Source: Candidatus Omnitrophota bacterium
Lineage (GTDB): Bacteria > Omnitrophota > Gorgyraeia > Zapsychrales > Zapsychraceae
NCBI GenBank assembly: GCA_028280285.1
Contig: JANQMA010000042.1
Coordinates: 3,572-67,571 of the forward strand
Direction of reading: 5' to 3'
Length of the DNA stretch: 64,000 bases
Of the stretch, positions 18,310 to 28,587 are shown in pieces. Both the position numbers and the translations under genes were made by a program. The notes beneath the pieces are model-generated. The model was given only the letters and a program-made list of their open reading frames with translations, was not told the DNA's origin and searched no databases. How positions within the stretch are numbered: the first letter of the stretch is position 1; each line of letters opens with the position of its first letter.

Positions 18310-19422
18310 GTGAGAATTTTGGTTTTAAATATTGAAGTCTCTGGGATGAATAAATACTTGTTTGCGCAGTTGCGTCAAGCGGGGCATGAATTAATTATAT
18401 GGGATGTGCCTCTTCCTAAACGTTTGCGTTATTGGGCGCTTTTGATTTCATTTGTGCCGCATATGCGCACATGGAAAAAGCGGTTTGATTATCATTTGAA
18501 TAAACTTTATAAGTCTTCCTGGTGTTTTCGCTGGAGGACTAAGCAATGTGAGAAAATCATTAAACAGTATCAAGGGCAGTATGATTTAGTTATTAACATG
18601 ACCGGGATGAATGCTCCTGTTGTGGATTATACACGGTTTTCTGAACTAAAATACGTGGTTATAACGTCTTATAATATGTTCCTCGCTCAAAAATATGATG
18701 AGTGGTGCACATATGAGCATGAGTTTAAGCATTGGTTTGATTTAGAAAAATCGCTTTATCAAAATGCGCAAATAATTTTTACAACTAATGATAATGTTAG
18801 AGAGTCCTTGATTAAGGATTATACGGTTGACAGTTCTCGTTTATTGAAAATGGGCTATGGTCTGACATTCGATGGTGTTGAAGACTATACAAAAGTATAT
18901 GATGGTAAAACAATCTTATTTGTTGGTTTTGATTTTAAACGTAAAGGCGGCTTTACACTGCTTAAAGCTTTTGAAAAAGTCCGCCAGACAAAGCCGGACT
19001 CCAGACTGGTTATTATTGGACCGAATAAGGACATGTATAAAATCGAACAAGAAGGCGTTGAATTTTTAGGACCGGTTAAAGATCGTGAAAAGGTAAAAGA
19101 CTATTATAAGCAAGCTTCCGTTTTTGCTATGCCGTCTGTCTGTGAACCATTCGGTTTAGTATTTCTTGAAGCTATGGCCTATAAGGTGCCGTGTGTAGGC
19201 TCAATGGTGGATGCTATGAATGAAATTATTGAAGATGGAAAGACGGGTTATTTGATTGAACCGAATGATACGGATATGTTGGCCGAGAAAATACTGGCCT
19301 TATTGAATGATCAAAAATTGAATCAGAAAATGGGTGAACAAGCACGTATTAGTTCGATGAATATGTTTTCTTGGGAAGATGTTGGTCAGAATTTGGATAC
19401 GCATATAAGGAAATTATTATGA
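18310..19422 (+). CDS. Family-4 glycosyltransferase (GTG start)
   Basis: PSVCEPFGLVFLEAMAYKVPCV...GYLIEP. Its start abuts the previous stop. Confidence 0.6.
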   Translation: MRILVLNIEVSGMNKYLFAQLRQAGHELIIWDVPLPKRLRYWALLISFVPHMRTWKKRFDYHLNKLYKSSWCFRWRTKQCEKIIKQYQGQYDLVINMTGMNAPVVDYTRFSELKYVVITSYNMFLAQKYDEWCTYEHEFKHWFDLEKSLYQNAQIIFTTNDNVRESLIKDYTVDSSRLLKMGYGLTFDGVEDYTKVYDGKTILFVGFDFKRKGGFTLLKAFEKVRQTKPDSRLVIIGPNKDMYKIEQEGVEFLGPVKDREKVKDYYKQASVFAMPSVCEPFGLVFLEAMAYKVPCVGSMVDAMNEIIEDGKTGYLIEPNDTDMLAEKILALLNDQKLNQKMGEQARISSMNMFSWEDVGQNLDTHIRKLL

Positions 19423-20519
19423 AACTGGCAATTATCCTTTCGGAAAGAGAGCCATACTCAAAGCAAGGTGGGGCATTTTCCGCAAAATCGTTTCAACTGA
19501 CGAGTCGATTTAAAAGATTTACGAAAGTAACGGTTTATTCAAAAGCCACTAAAGAGGAGATTTTTAGAGTTCCGGGTGTAAAACACATTAGTATATCATT
19601 AGGAAAGTATTTAAAGAAATTTCAAAAAGAAGGATTTGGATACTTTTTAGAAGTATGTTTTAGGATTTTGTTATCATCTGATAATATTTTTTTGATATTT
19701 AATAGACCTCATTATGTGTCATTTATACGCAAAATTAAACCAAATAGTAAGATTTATCTATACATGGGCAATGATCATATTGTTTTTCAAAAAGAAACAA
19801 TAATTCGCAAAATGTTAAATGACAGTACAAAAGTAGGATGTGTGAGTAATTATATTGGAGGCGAAATAGTTAAAAAATATCCGGAATATGCGCATAAAGT
19901 TGAAACATTGTATCATGGTGTGAATATTACAAAATTTTCACCAGGAGTTTTTTCTGAGAAAAAAGATCTTACGATTCTTTTTGTTGGGCGTCTTAGTTAT
20001 GATAAGGGGGTCCATGTTCTACTAGAAGCTTTTCGTAGGTTATGTGATAATTATCCGAATATATTGCTTAAAATTGTTGGTTCATCTTGGTTTGGATCTA
20101 ATGCGCAAACGGATTATACCAAACAGTTACAAGATTTGGCAAAAGGCTTAGAGGATAGAATTATTTTTACAGGATTCGTGTTAAATGATCGTATGGGCGA
20201 TGTGTATCGAACAGCAGACATTTTTATAGGGCCCTCCATTTTTCAAGAACCTTCGGGGAATATGAATTTAGAAGCTATGGCAAGTGGGATCCCTGTTATT
20301 AGTACGAAGGTTGGTGGTATACCTGAATTGGTTGGTGAAGCGGGTTTATTGATTTCGTCAGAAAATGTTGATGAGCTTTATGATGCTCTTAAGAAATTAT
20401 TGGATAACTCTCACCTAAGAAAAGAACTTTCAGTAAAAGGGCGAGAGCGTACCGAAAAAGTATTCGATTGGGATAAAGTAATTCATAATTGGGAAAATGC
20501 GTTGATTGGTGGGTATTAA
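19419..20519 (+). CDS. Family-4 glycosyltransferase, paralog 1 of a tandem pair
   Basis: MKLAIILSEREPY start, parallel to MKLGVILAEKEPF of its neighbour. EPSGNMNLEAMASGIPVI motif. Confidence 0.7.
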   Translation: MKLAIILSEREPYSKQGGAFSAKSFQLTSRFKRFTKVTVYSKATKEEIFRVPGVKHISISLGKYLKKFQKEGFGYFLEVCFRILLSSDNIFLIFNRPHYVSFIRKIKPNSKIYLYMGNDHIVFQKETIIRKMLNDSTKVGCVSNYIGGEIVKKYPEYAHKVETLYHGVNITKFSPGVFSEKKDLTILFVGRLSYDKGVHVLLEAFRRLCDNYPNILLKIVGSSWFGSNAQTDYTKQLQDLAKGLEDRIIFTGFVLNDRMGDVYRTADIFIGPSIFQEPSGNMNLEAMASGIPVISTKVGGIPELVGEAGLLISSENVDELYDALKKLLDNSHLRKELSVKGRERTEKVFDWDKVIHNWENALIGGY

Positions 20520-20548
20520 AAATCGAGTGAATATACTAGGAGATTTTT

Positions 20549-21652
20549 ATGAAGTTAGGTGTGATATTAGCTGAAAAAGAGCCATTTTCACCTAAGGGTG
20601 GAGCGTTTGCCATAAAATCTTATGAGTTAAGTAAACGGCTAAAAGGGTTTGACAAAATTGTTATTTTTTCAAAGGCTCCTATGCAAGAGGCTTTCAAAGT
20701 TCCAGGGGTAAAACATGTTTCCATTTTTTTTGGTAGAGTTTTAAACCAGTTTCCCAAAATGGGGATGCGGTATTTATTGGAAGTTTGCATGAAACTGTGT
20801 TTTTCTCGTTTTGATGTATTTTTGATATTTAATAGGGTGAATTATGTGGATGTGCTACGCAAAATAAAACCGAAAAGTAAAATTTATTTATATATTGGAA
20901 ATAGTCATATAGTGAATGAAAAAAAGGAAATTGCTGAGAAAATGTTAAAAGCTGTTTCAGGTGTTTTGTGCGTTAGTGGTTTCATTAAAAAAGAAATTGA
21001 TAATAAATACCCACAATTTTCTCATAAAACGTTTTTTTTGCCGCAAGGAATTAATATAAATGAATTTTCACCAGGCTCAGGTGGCACTAAAGACTGTTTG
21101 ACTATTTTATTTGTTGGACGCCTTAATCATGATAAAGGGGTTCATATTTTGCTTGAAGCATATCGTAAAATTATTAAGAAATATCCCCATACGAAGTTGA
21201 AGATTGTTGGATCTTCTTGGTTTGGATCTAATGAAAAAACTGAATATACGGAGAGTCTTCAGGAATTAGCACAAGGACTAGAGGAAAATATTATTTTTAC
21301 CGGATTTGTTCCAAATAACAAAATAAGCGAAGTGTACAAAACGGCTGATATTTTTGTTGCGCCTTCTATTTTTTTGGAACCTGCAGGAATGATGAATATG
21401 GAAGCAATGGCCAGTGGTATCCCGGTCATTACCACTTTGGTGGGGGGAATACCTGAACTTGTGAAAGATGCTGGAATTCTGGTTGATTCTGATAATGTTG
21501 AAGCTACTTATAATGCTTTAGTTATGTTAATTGAAAACCCTTCTTTGAGAGAAGAGTTATCAAAAAAAGGCCGGTATAGGGTAGAAAAAAAGTTTGATTG
21601 GGATAAAGTAATTCATAATTGGGAAAATGCGTTGATTGATTATGAAAAATAA
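20549..21652 (+). CDS. Family-4 glycosyltransferase, paralog 2 of the tandem pair
   Basis: About 65% identical to the previous gene, and shares a 43-nt identical 3' end (FDWDKVIHNWENALI). Confidence 0.7.
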   Translation: MKLGVILAEKEPFSPKGGAFAIKSYELSKRLKGFDKIVIFSKAPMQEAFKVPGVKHVSIFFGRVLNQFPKMGMRYLLEVCMKLCFSRFDVFLIFNRVNYVDVLRKIKPKSKIYLYIGNSHIVNEKKEIAEKMLKAVSGVLCVSGFIKKEIDNKYPQFSHKTFFLPQGININEFSPGSGGTKDCLTILFVGRLNHDKGVHILLEAYRKIIKKYPHTKLKIVGSSWFGSNEKTEYTESLQELAQGLEENIIFTGFVPNNKISEVYKTADIFVAPSIFLEPAGMMNMEAMASGIPVITTLVGGIPELVKDAGILVDSDNVEATYNALVMLIENPSLREELSKKGRYRVEKKFDWDKVIHNWENALIDYEK

Positions 21653-22565
21653 AATTAAAAAAATACCACTTTTAGGTCCATTTTTACTGTTTGTGAAAAA
21701 AACAGTAGATCATGCTTTTTATTTCTTTTCGTCATTGATTTTCTCCATTAAAGCAGTGTTGAAAATGGGCAGTAGTTTAAATCAAAACCAACGAGAAAAA
21801 TTAATTATTGTGAGTTTAACAAGCATCCCTCAACGTTTAAAAAGTATACATTTAACAATTGAATCAATTTTGTCACAAGAATTTAAGCCAGACAAAGTTA
21901 TTCTTTGGTTATCTGAAGATGATAACAATGGGAATAAAGTGATAAATGAGGATAATTTACCGCATAGTTTAAAACGTTTAGTTGATGTTGGCTTGGAAAT
22001 ACGGTTTTGTGATAATGTGCGTTCTTTTAGAAAGCTGATTTATACATTAAAAGAATATTCAGATGACATCATTGTAACGGCCGATGATGATGTGATTTAC
22101 CCACGATTTTGGCTCAAACATTTGTACTCGGCCTATCTCACCTATCCTAAAGTTGTTCATTACTACAGAGGAAGAAAGATCTTAATGAGAGAGGATGGCA
22201 CATTTGAACCTTATAAAAAATGGCCTTATATGAGTGATGAGGGTGTAACGATGATGGCTATGCCGACAGGTAAAGATGGCATCCTTTATCCTCCCGGATC
22301 ACTGCATGAAGAGGTATTTGATGAAAATAAGTTTATGCAATTATGTCCAACAGCCGATGATATATGGTTTAAGGCGATGGCCATAAAAAACGGCTATCCG
22401 TGTAAATTGGTATCATCCCAAATCAAAGATTTTAAATTGATTGCAGGTTCGCAGTCAACAAACCTTTATAAAGATAATGTGTCCAAAAATGATACACAGA
22501 TGGAAAATGTTTTTGACCATTATGGTTTAAAGAAAATGTTAAATGTGCAGGTGACCAATGGCTAA
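21636..22565 (+). CDS. Putative GT-A fold glycosyltransferase (DXD-type), family unassigned
   Basis: Motifs SLTSIPQRL and TADDDVIYP. N-terminal hydrophobic anchor. Confidence 0.4.
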   Translation: MIMKNKIKKIPLLGPFLLFVKKTVDHAFYFFSSLIFSIKAVLKMGSSLNQNQREKLIIVSLTSIPQRLKSIHLTIESILSQEFKPDKVILWLSEDDNNGNKVINEDNLPHSLKRLVDVGLEIRFCDNVRSFRKLIYTLKEYSDDIIVTADDDVIYPRFWLKHLYSAYLTYPKVVHYYRGRKILMREDGTFEPYKKWPYMSDEGVTMMAMPTGKDGILYPPGSLHEEVFDENKFMQLCPTADDIWFKAMAIKNGYPCKLVSSQIKDFKLIAGSQSTNLYKDNVSKNDTQMENVFDHYGLKKMLNVQVTNG

Positions 22566-24081
22566 TAGAGGGCAGCGGGTAATAGTCGGTTTTATTATGC
22601 GCAATTTATATACAATTATAAATATTGTGATTGCCTTTTATATGATGCCGTTTATGTTGCATCATTTAGGCGACCGCATGTATGGGCTGTGGATTCTTAT
22701 GGGGTCTTTTGTCGGCTATTTCGGTTTTTTGGATTTAGGGTTTTCAAGTGCGGTGTCGCGTTATGTTGCAAGGGCTATTGGCAAGAATGATAAAGATGAA
22801 ATCAATGAAATCGTTAACACCGCATTTGTTGTATTTGTATGTCTCAGTATTATTTTAGTGATAGTTGTCAGTACTCTTGTTGTCAGCGCGGAACATATTT
22901 TTAAAGATTTTGAAGAGATAAAAGTTCTTCAAATTCTTCTTATATGTGTAGGGGTAAACCTTACATTCAGTTTCCCGGTGCGAGCGTTTACCGGCGTTAT
23001 AAACGGCAACCTTCAGTATAAAGTTTCAGAGACTATTATCCTTTCTGAGCTGCTTTTGAGGTATGGTTTAATATATATTTTCTTTAAACTAGGCTTCGGT
23101 ATTATATCACTTGGTGTAATTGTTTGTGCGGTGGCGCTTATTACACATGTGGCATGGATTATTAGTGCTTTTAAAGTCGATTCGAATCTTAAGCTTAATT
23201 TAAAATTATTTAATAAAGCGAGACTTAAGGAATTAACTTCGTTTAGTATTTATTCATTTATAAGCAGGATGGGCGACTTGCTCATTAACAAAACGGATGC
23301 TTTTGTTATTGCCGCCTTCTTGGGGCTAACGTTTAATGCTCACTATGCTATTCCTATTGTGCTAATGAGTTATATCAGCAATTTTATAAGCAAAATAGTG
23401 GGATTAATTGGTCCGGTTATTAGTCAAGATGATGGGCGCAATGACATCGAATCTATTAAACAAAAAATGTTTTTAACCATCAAAATAGTCGTTATTTTTG
23501 TCGTCTTTTTTACATCTTTGGCTGTATTCTATGGAGAGCATTTTATTGTTAGATGGGTGGGAAGTGAATACCGGGATGCTTATCCGGTTCTTGTTGTTCA
23601 TGCGATTACAGTGTTGGCATCAAATATTATGATGCCTGCGAATACAGTTTTATTCAACACATCACGGCATAAATATTTGGCAATTATTAAATCGATTGAA
23701 GCGGGATTTAATTTGATCTTAAGCTTAATCCTTGTGACTCGTTTAGGAATGGTGGGGGTTGCCCTTGGAACCTTAATACCGGTTTTGGTCATGAGATTAA
23801 TATTCCAGCCGGTCTATTTATGTAAGGAGTTTTCTATTTCATTTAAAAAGTATTATGTGGATACATTATTAAAAAATATGGTCATAGCGGCAGCACCTAT
23901 AGTAATAACATATTTTATTCTCAAAGATTTTGCAAAAGCTCAGTATCTCACATTGATTTTTATCGGGGCTATTCATGGGATCATTTATGCTGTATTTATT
24001 TGGTTTAAAGGGTTTAGTAATACAGAGCGCGGGTATTTCATGAAATATTTAAAGTTTCAAAAAACAGTTTCATCTGGGTAA
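22558..24081 (+). CDS. Wzx-type polysaccharide flippase (MOP superfamily)
   Basis: 507 aa with 12-14 TM helices and polysaccharide-biosynthesis-protein-like loops. Confidence 0.7.
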   Translation: MANRGQRVIVGFIMRNLYTIINIVIAFYMMPFMLHHLGDRMYGLWILMGSFVGYFGFLDLGFSSAVSRYVARAIGKNDKDEINEIVNTAFVVFVCLSIILVIVVSTLVVSAEHIFKDFEEIKVLQILLICVGVNLTFSFPVRAFTGVINGNLQYKVSETIILSELLLRYGLIYIFFKLGFGIISLGVIVCAVALITHVAWIISAFKVDSNLKLNLKLFNKARLKELTSFSIYSFISRMGDLLINKTDAFVIAAFLGLTFNAHYAIPIVLMSYISNFISKIVGLIGPVISQDDGRNDIESIKQKMFLTIKIVVIFVVFFTSLAVFYGEHFIVRWVGSEYRDAYPVLVVHAITVLASNIMMPANTVLFNTSRHKYLAIIKSIEAGFNLILSLILVTRLGMVGVALGTLIPVLVMRLIFQPVYLCKEFSISFKKYYVDTLLKNMVIAAAPIVITYFILKDFAKAQYLTLIFIGAIHGIIYAVFIWFKGFSNTERGYFMKYLKFQKTVSSG

Positions 24082-24086
24082 AGATT

Positions 24087-25223
24087 ATGGCAAAGCAAAA
24101 ACATATATTATTTTTACAACCGTATTTTTATAATCCAACGTTACCGAATTTTAAAGATCGGTTTGTTATGTTGTCTGAACAATATAGCGGACATATTATC
24201 TCATCTAATGAAGATCCATCCGGATATAATAAGTTGACTTTTGACAATTTCGTTTACCATTCTTTTCCCCGGGGGCAAAATAAAATAATTAAACACATTA
24301 AGAGAATTCTGTTTGCCTGTAAACTTGTTAAAAAGCTTCATGCAAAACATGAATTTGACTATATTCATGCTTATGATCCGCTATTTTTAGGGTTGGTTAG
24401 TGTCTTAGTTAAAAAGGCTACCCGGGCAAAACTGGTAGTTGAGATCAATGGCCATTTAAAGACGGCAGGGTTTTTACAAAAGAAGGGTTTATTGAGTTGG
24501 TTTAAAAAAATCGCTTATATTCAAACTGTCAAATATGTTATCAAGCATGCAGATATGATTAAATTTCTTAATGCCGATCAAATGGCAGAATGGAAAAAGG
24601 TTGTTAAGAATAAAAAAACAGTTATTTACCATGATTTTGTTCCGACCCATTTATTCGATCCATCACAATCAAAGGACGATCATTATGTCTTGCTCGTTGG
24701 ACATCCATTTCATATAAAAGGTGTTGATATTTTGATTAAAGCCTTTAATCAGATTTCATCAGAGTTTCCCAAAATAAAGCTGAAAATTGTGGGGTTTTGT
24801 CCCAATATACAGGAACGCAAAAAATACGTTGATATGACCGAAGGTAATGCGAATATTGAAATATTGAAACCGGTTGATTACGGTGCAGTAATGACATTGT
24901 TTCAACGCTGCACATTTTTTGTTTTACCGTCACGTACGGAGGCTATGGGACGTGTCCTTATTGAAGCCATGGCATCGGGCAAATCTGTTATTGGCTCGAG
25001 GACAGGAGGTATTCCCAGGTTAGTCAAAGACGGTGAGAACGGTTTTTTATGCCAAAAAGAAAATATAGCAGAGTTGGCCCAAAAGATGAAAGAATTATTG
25101 CAGAATAATGGGTTACGGCAAAATATGGAAAACAAAAGCGTTGCATTAGTTAAAGAGCAGTTTTCCTCTGAACGATATGTGGGCTGTTTTAACAGCATGA
25201 TTGAGGAGTTAGGCCATGCGTAA
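24087..25223 (+). CDS. Family-4 glycosyltransferase
   Basis: LPSRTEAMGRVLIEAMASGKSVIGSRTGGIP...GFL. Confidence 0.7.
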   Translation: MAKQKHILFLQPYFYNPTLPNFKDRFVMLSEQYSGHIISSNEDPSGYNKLTFDNFVYHSFPRGQNKIIKHIKRILFACKLVKKLHAKHEFDYIHAYDPLFLGLVSVLVKKATRAKLVVEINGHLKTAGFLQKKGLLSWFKKIAYIQTVKYVIKHADMIKFLNADQMAEWKKVVKNKKTVIYHDFVPTHLFDPSQSKDDHYVLLVGHPFHIKGVDILIKAFNQISSEFPKIKLKIVGFCPNIQERKKYVDMTEGNANIEILKPVDYGAVMTLFQRCTFFVLPSRTEAMGRVLIEAMASGKSVIGSRTGGIPRLVKDGENGFLCQKENIAELAQKMKELLQNNGLRQNMENKSVALVKEQFSSERYVGCFNSMIEELGHA

Positions 25224-26481
25224 TTTAAATACAATCGAAAAAAGCAAGACGCCTGTTCAGAATTTTCTATTTATCACGTTTTTGTTTTTTTTATATGTGC
25301 GTATTTATGAAAATTTCTTATTTCTTATTCCATTTCAATTAACGCGTATTTTTATGCTGCTGGCAATGGCCGGTTTTATTATGAAAGCAGGCAACAGTGC
25401 GTTTCATAAAAAACCTTTGATTAAAGAAAACACAATGAAATGGTTTTTGATTTTGCAATTAATGACGATCGCATCGGTTGTTTATTCTGTATGGGCGGCG
25501 AACACTATTAATAAGTTTATAGCGACCAATGTCCGTATTATTATTACATTTGTTTTGTTTGCCAGTTTACTTTATAACAAAAAACAGGTGCAGCTTTTTG
25601 TGAAGACGATTTATTTCTGCATGTTCTTTTTTTCAATTCGCATATTTTTAGCCTTTAAAGCTGGCAGCTATATTTTTGACAGTGGCACTAAACGGATTGT
25701 TGGCGTCGGGACGCTTGCTTCGTCTGACCCTAACGATGTAGCGCTTGTTATGGGAATGACAATACCGCTTGGCCTGCACTATCTTATTGTGAAAAAAGGA
25801 ATGAAACGAATTTTTTATCTGGGATTATTTTTAAGTATATTGTGCGCCCTTGTTGTGACCGGTTCCAGAGGAGGATTGTTGGGGCTTGGTATGGGAACTA
25901 TTACCTTTTTTGCCATGCTTTACCGCAAACAAAAAGCAAAATTTGTTGGCATAATAGCATTATTGTTGATGGTTGCTGTTGTGTTTTTGCCGCAGCAATA
26001 TAAAAATAGGTTTATGTCTATGTTTAATGAACAAGAATATTCGCATACAGATCAGCGGCATGGACGTGTTGCTGTGTGGAAAAGAAGTTTTAATGCATTT
26101 ATGAAACGCCCGATCGGATATGGAGGAGCCAATTCTGTTATCGCGGAAGGGGGCGTTAAGCGGGCACAGGGGGTTACAGGAAAATGGATGGTTATACACA
26201 ATTCCTATTTACAAATGGGCTTAGAGATTGGTGTTTTGGGGCTGATCATCTATTTGATGTTTCTTAAATCCGGTTTTGATAATCTCAGGTATGTGATTAA
26301 TAAAACGGGTGCAAATAAGGACCGGGAAAGTGAAGTCCTCGCGTGTGCATTAATTGGCGGTTTGACAGCTTTTTTGGTGTCAGGAATGTTTTTATCGCAG
26401 GCCTATAATTGGAATCCTTATATTTATATTGTCCTTGCGATGGGACTTAAACGGAGTATTGAGCAGCAATATGGAAAATAA
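25216..26481 (+). CDS. Wzy-type polymerase / O-antigen-ligase-like membrane protein
   Basis: About 10 TM helices and a Wzy_C-like loop TGSRGGLLGLG...HNSYLQ. Confidence 0.55.
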   Translation: MRNLNTIEKSKTPVQNFLFITFLFFLYVRIYENFLFLIPFQLTRIFMLLAMAGFIMKAGNSAFHKKPLIKENTMKWFLILQLMTIASVVYSVWAANTINKFIATNVRIIITFVLFASLLYNKKQVQLFVKTIYFCMFFFSIRIFLAFKAGSYIFDSGTKRIVGVGTLASSDPNDVALVMGMTIPLGLHYLIVKKGMKRIFYLGLFLSILCALVVTGSRGGLLGLGMGTITFFAMLYRKQKAKFVGIIALLLMVAVVFLPQQYKNRFMSMFNEQEYSHTDQRHGRVAVWKRSFNAFMKRPIGYGGANSVIAEGGVKRAQGVTGKWMVIHNSYLQMGLEIGVLGLIIYLMFLKSGFDNLRYVINKTGANKDRESEVLACALIGGLTAFLVSGMFLSQAYNWNPYIYIVLAMGLKRSIEQQYGK

Positions 26482-27619
26482 TATGCAAAAAACGAATGTT
26501 CTTTTTATGCTGCCGAATTTTGATACGGGCGGATCTGAAAAATTGGTTGTCGATATCGTTTCTCGTCTTGACCGCAGTAAATTTTCACCGGTTGTGTGTG
26601 TGTTCTTTTCCGGGTTTTATGAAAATAAGATCAGAGAACTAAATATTCCGTTTTATGTCATTCATAAGGACAAGATTCGCTCAAAACTGGCAACGGCCCT
26701 GTTTATTAACGATATCATCAAAAAACATAAGGTTGATGTTGTGAATACTCATCATGCCAGTCCGCTTATCCAGGGTATTATTCCATTTAAGCTGCTTAAT
26801 CGTGTTAAGTGGATTCACACCGAACACACACGTTTGGATCTTGATCCGAATATTACACCGTGGATTTTGATGATTGAAAAAATATGTCTTAGGTTCGTTG
26901 ATATTTGTTTGGGTATTTCAGATGGTGTGTGTGATTACTTTGCAAACGAACTTAAGGTCAATAAAGACAAAATCAAAAAAATTTATAACGGGGTTGATGT
27001 CAGTCGTTTTATTTGGGATGCAAGTGAGTCTAATATGTTAAAAGAAAAATACCGCAAAGATATAAATATTGATGCACAGAAAGTTGTTATTGGAACTTTT
27101 GCTAATTTTCGCGAACAAAAAAACCATAAATGTCTAATCGAGGCCATACACAAGATAACGGAGACAGGATGCAATAACTTCCACCTGGTGCTTCCAGGTA
27201 GTGGTCCTGAAAAAGAAAAAATTGAACAACAAGTGTGTGACTTAAAGCTTGCATCAAAGGTGAGTTTTCTAGGTCCACGATCAGATATTCCTGAACTAAT
27301 GAATATGATAGATATTTATTGCCTGCCGTCTTTTTTTGAGGGGCTGCCATTTAGTTTGATTGAGGCGGCTGTTGCCGGCAAACAGGTTATTGCGACTGAT
27401 GTGATCGGTAACAGAGATGTTGTTAAGGCTATGGGGCGTGGTCAGCTGGTCCCATCTGATGATTCCAAAATGCTGGCCGATGTTTTGGTTGCGGCTATTC
27501 ACACCCATGGTGAAGAGAAACCAAATACTGATTGGCGGCCGGATAAACAATACACAATGGATGGGATGATGGAATCCTACGCGGCGTTGTTTAAAGGGGA
27601 GTTTACTAATGGTTTATAG
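26471..27619 (+). CDS. Family-4 glycosyltransferase
   Basis: LPSFFEGLPFSLIEAAVAGKQVIATDV. The likely start is MENNMQK at 26471; the ORF is open from 26429. Confidence 0.6.
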   Translation: MENNMQKTNVLFMLPNFDTGGSEKLVVDIVSRLDRSKFSPVVCVFFSGFYENKIRELNIPFYVIHKDKIRSKLATALFINDIIKKHKVDVVNTHHASPLIQGIIPFKLLNRVKWIHTEHTRLDLDPNITPWILMIEKICLRFVDICLGISDGVCDYFANELKVNKDKIKKIYNGVDVSRFIWDASESNMLKEKYRKDINIDAQKVVIGTFANFREQKNHKCLIEAIHKITETGCNNFHLVLPGSGPEKEKIEQQVCDLKLASKVSFLGPRSDIPELMNMIDIYCLPSFFEGLPFSLIEAAVAGKQVIATDVIGNRDVVKAMGRGQLVPSDDSKMLADVLVAAIHTHGEEKPNTDWRPDKQYTMDGMMESYAALFKGEFTNGL

Positions 27620-28586
27620 CCTTGTCTTTGTTAGAATTTTAGCGATAGTTTTAATTGTCAACGAGCATCTTTCTTCTTTTTATCCGGATCCGCGTTTTGC
27701 TTGGGGAGGGTATATCGGTAATGGTCTTTTTTATCTTATATCAGGCTACGGACTCACCTTAACGCAAATGCGAAAACCTCTTAACGTTTTTAACTGGTAC
27801 AAAAAGCGGCTTTTAAAAATCCTTATCCCATTTCTTTTTTATATATTTGTCCTTCATTTCGGTGATTGGGCGAAAATCATTTGGACGATTAAACATAACT
27901 TGATTATCACAAGCGTCGAGCAGCTAGGTTATTTTTTCGGGGTGCTCTGGATTTTGTATCTTTTATTTTTGCCGCTTAATCAACTGAGTACAAAAAATTT
28001 AATACGTGGATTAGGATTGTTTGCGGGGTATGTCCTTATTTCTATGATCTTTAAGATTCAACAGATCGAAGGCGTTGTTCCGAAAAACTTAGCAACAACT
28101 GAACTTAACTTTCTGTATAGCGGTATTATCTGTTTTATGCTGGGAATGATTAGTGCGCGAAAAAAAGTGGATCAGATCTTTTCCGATAATCCGCGGCTAT
28201 ATGGATTATTAGCCGTTGTATTTATATTGGGTACACAGATTTTGCACCGTATTTTATATAAGATTAATGATCATTTAATCTTTTTCAATTTTTTCTTAAG
28301 TATAATGTGTATCTTTGGGGTTTACATGCTTTTTAGTCTGCCGTGGACGCATATTTTTGAAAAAATAATTCAGCCACTTCATGCTATTGCTGGTTCATCA
28401 TTGGCGGTCTATTTTGTGCATTTTTTTATGATGAAAACAGTCGCACATTTAGGGATTGCCTTTCCCTATAATGTGATCGCTGTTTTTATGTATTCATTTA
28501 TTTTTGCGTATCCTTTAACACGCATAGCAGTGGCTATTTCTGACTGGGTTTTGGGCGGTTTGGATAGAATGAAGCGAGAGAACTAA
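27609..28586 (+). CDS. Acyltransferase-3 family membrane O-acyltransferase (OafA-like)
   Basis: N-terminal FVRILAIVLIVNEHL...GGYIGNGLFYLISGYGL and about 10 TM helices. Confidence 0.6.
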   Translation: MVYSLVFVRILAIVLIVNEHLSSFYPDPRFAWGGYIGNGLFYLISGYGLTLTQMRKPLNVFNWYKKRLLKILIPFLFYIFVLHFGDWAKIIWTIKHNLIITSVEQLGYFFGVLWILYLLFLPLNQLSTKNLIRGLGLFAGYVLISMIFKIQQIEGVVPKNLATTELNFLYSGIICFMLGMISARKKVDQIFSDNPRLYGLLAVVFILGTQILHRILYKINDHLIFFNFFLSIMCIFGVYMLFSLPWTHIFEKIIQPLHAIAGSSLAVYFVHFFMMKTVAHLGIAFPYNVIAVFMYSFIFAYPLTRIAVAISDWVLGGLDRMKREN

Positions 28587-28587
28587 T

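Noticed and set aside
18872-19069. Small internal plus-strand ORFs (for example 18872-19069, 17141-17434, 13253-13444) within glycosyltransferase and Wzz genes
   Set aside because: They are out-of-frame overlaps with confidently assigned genes and have no independent support.
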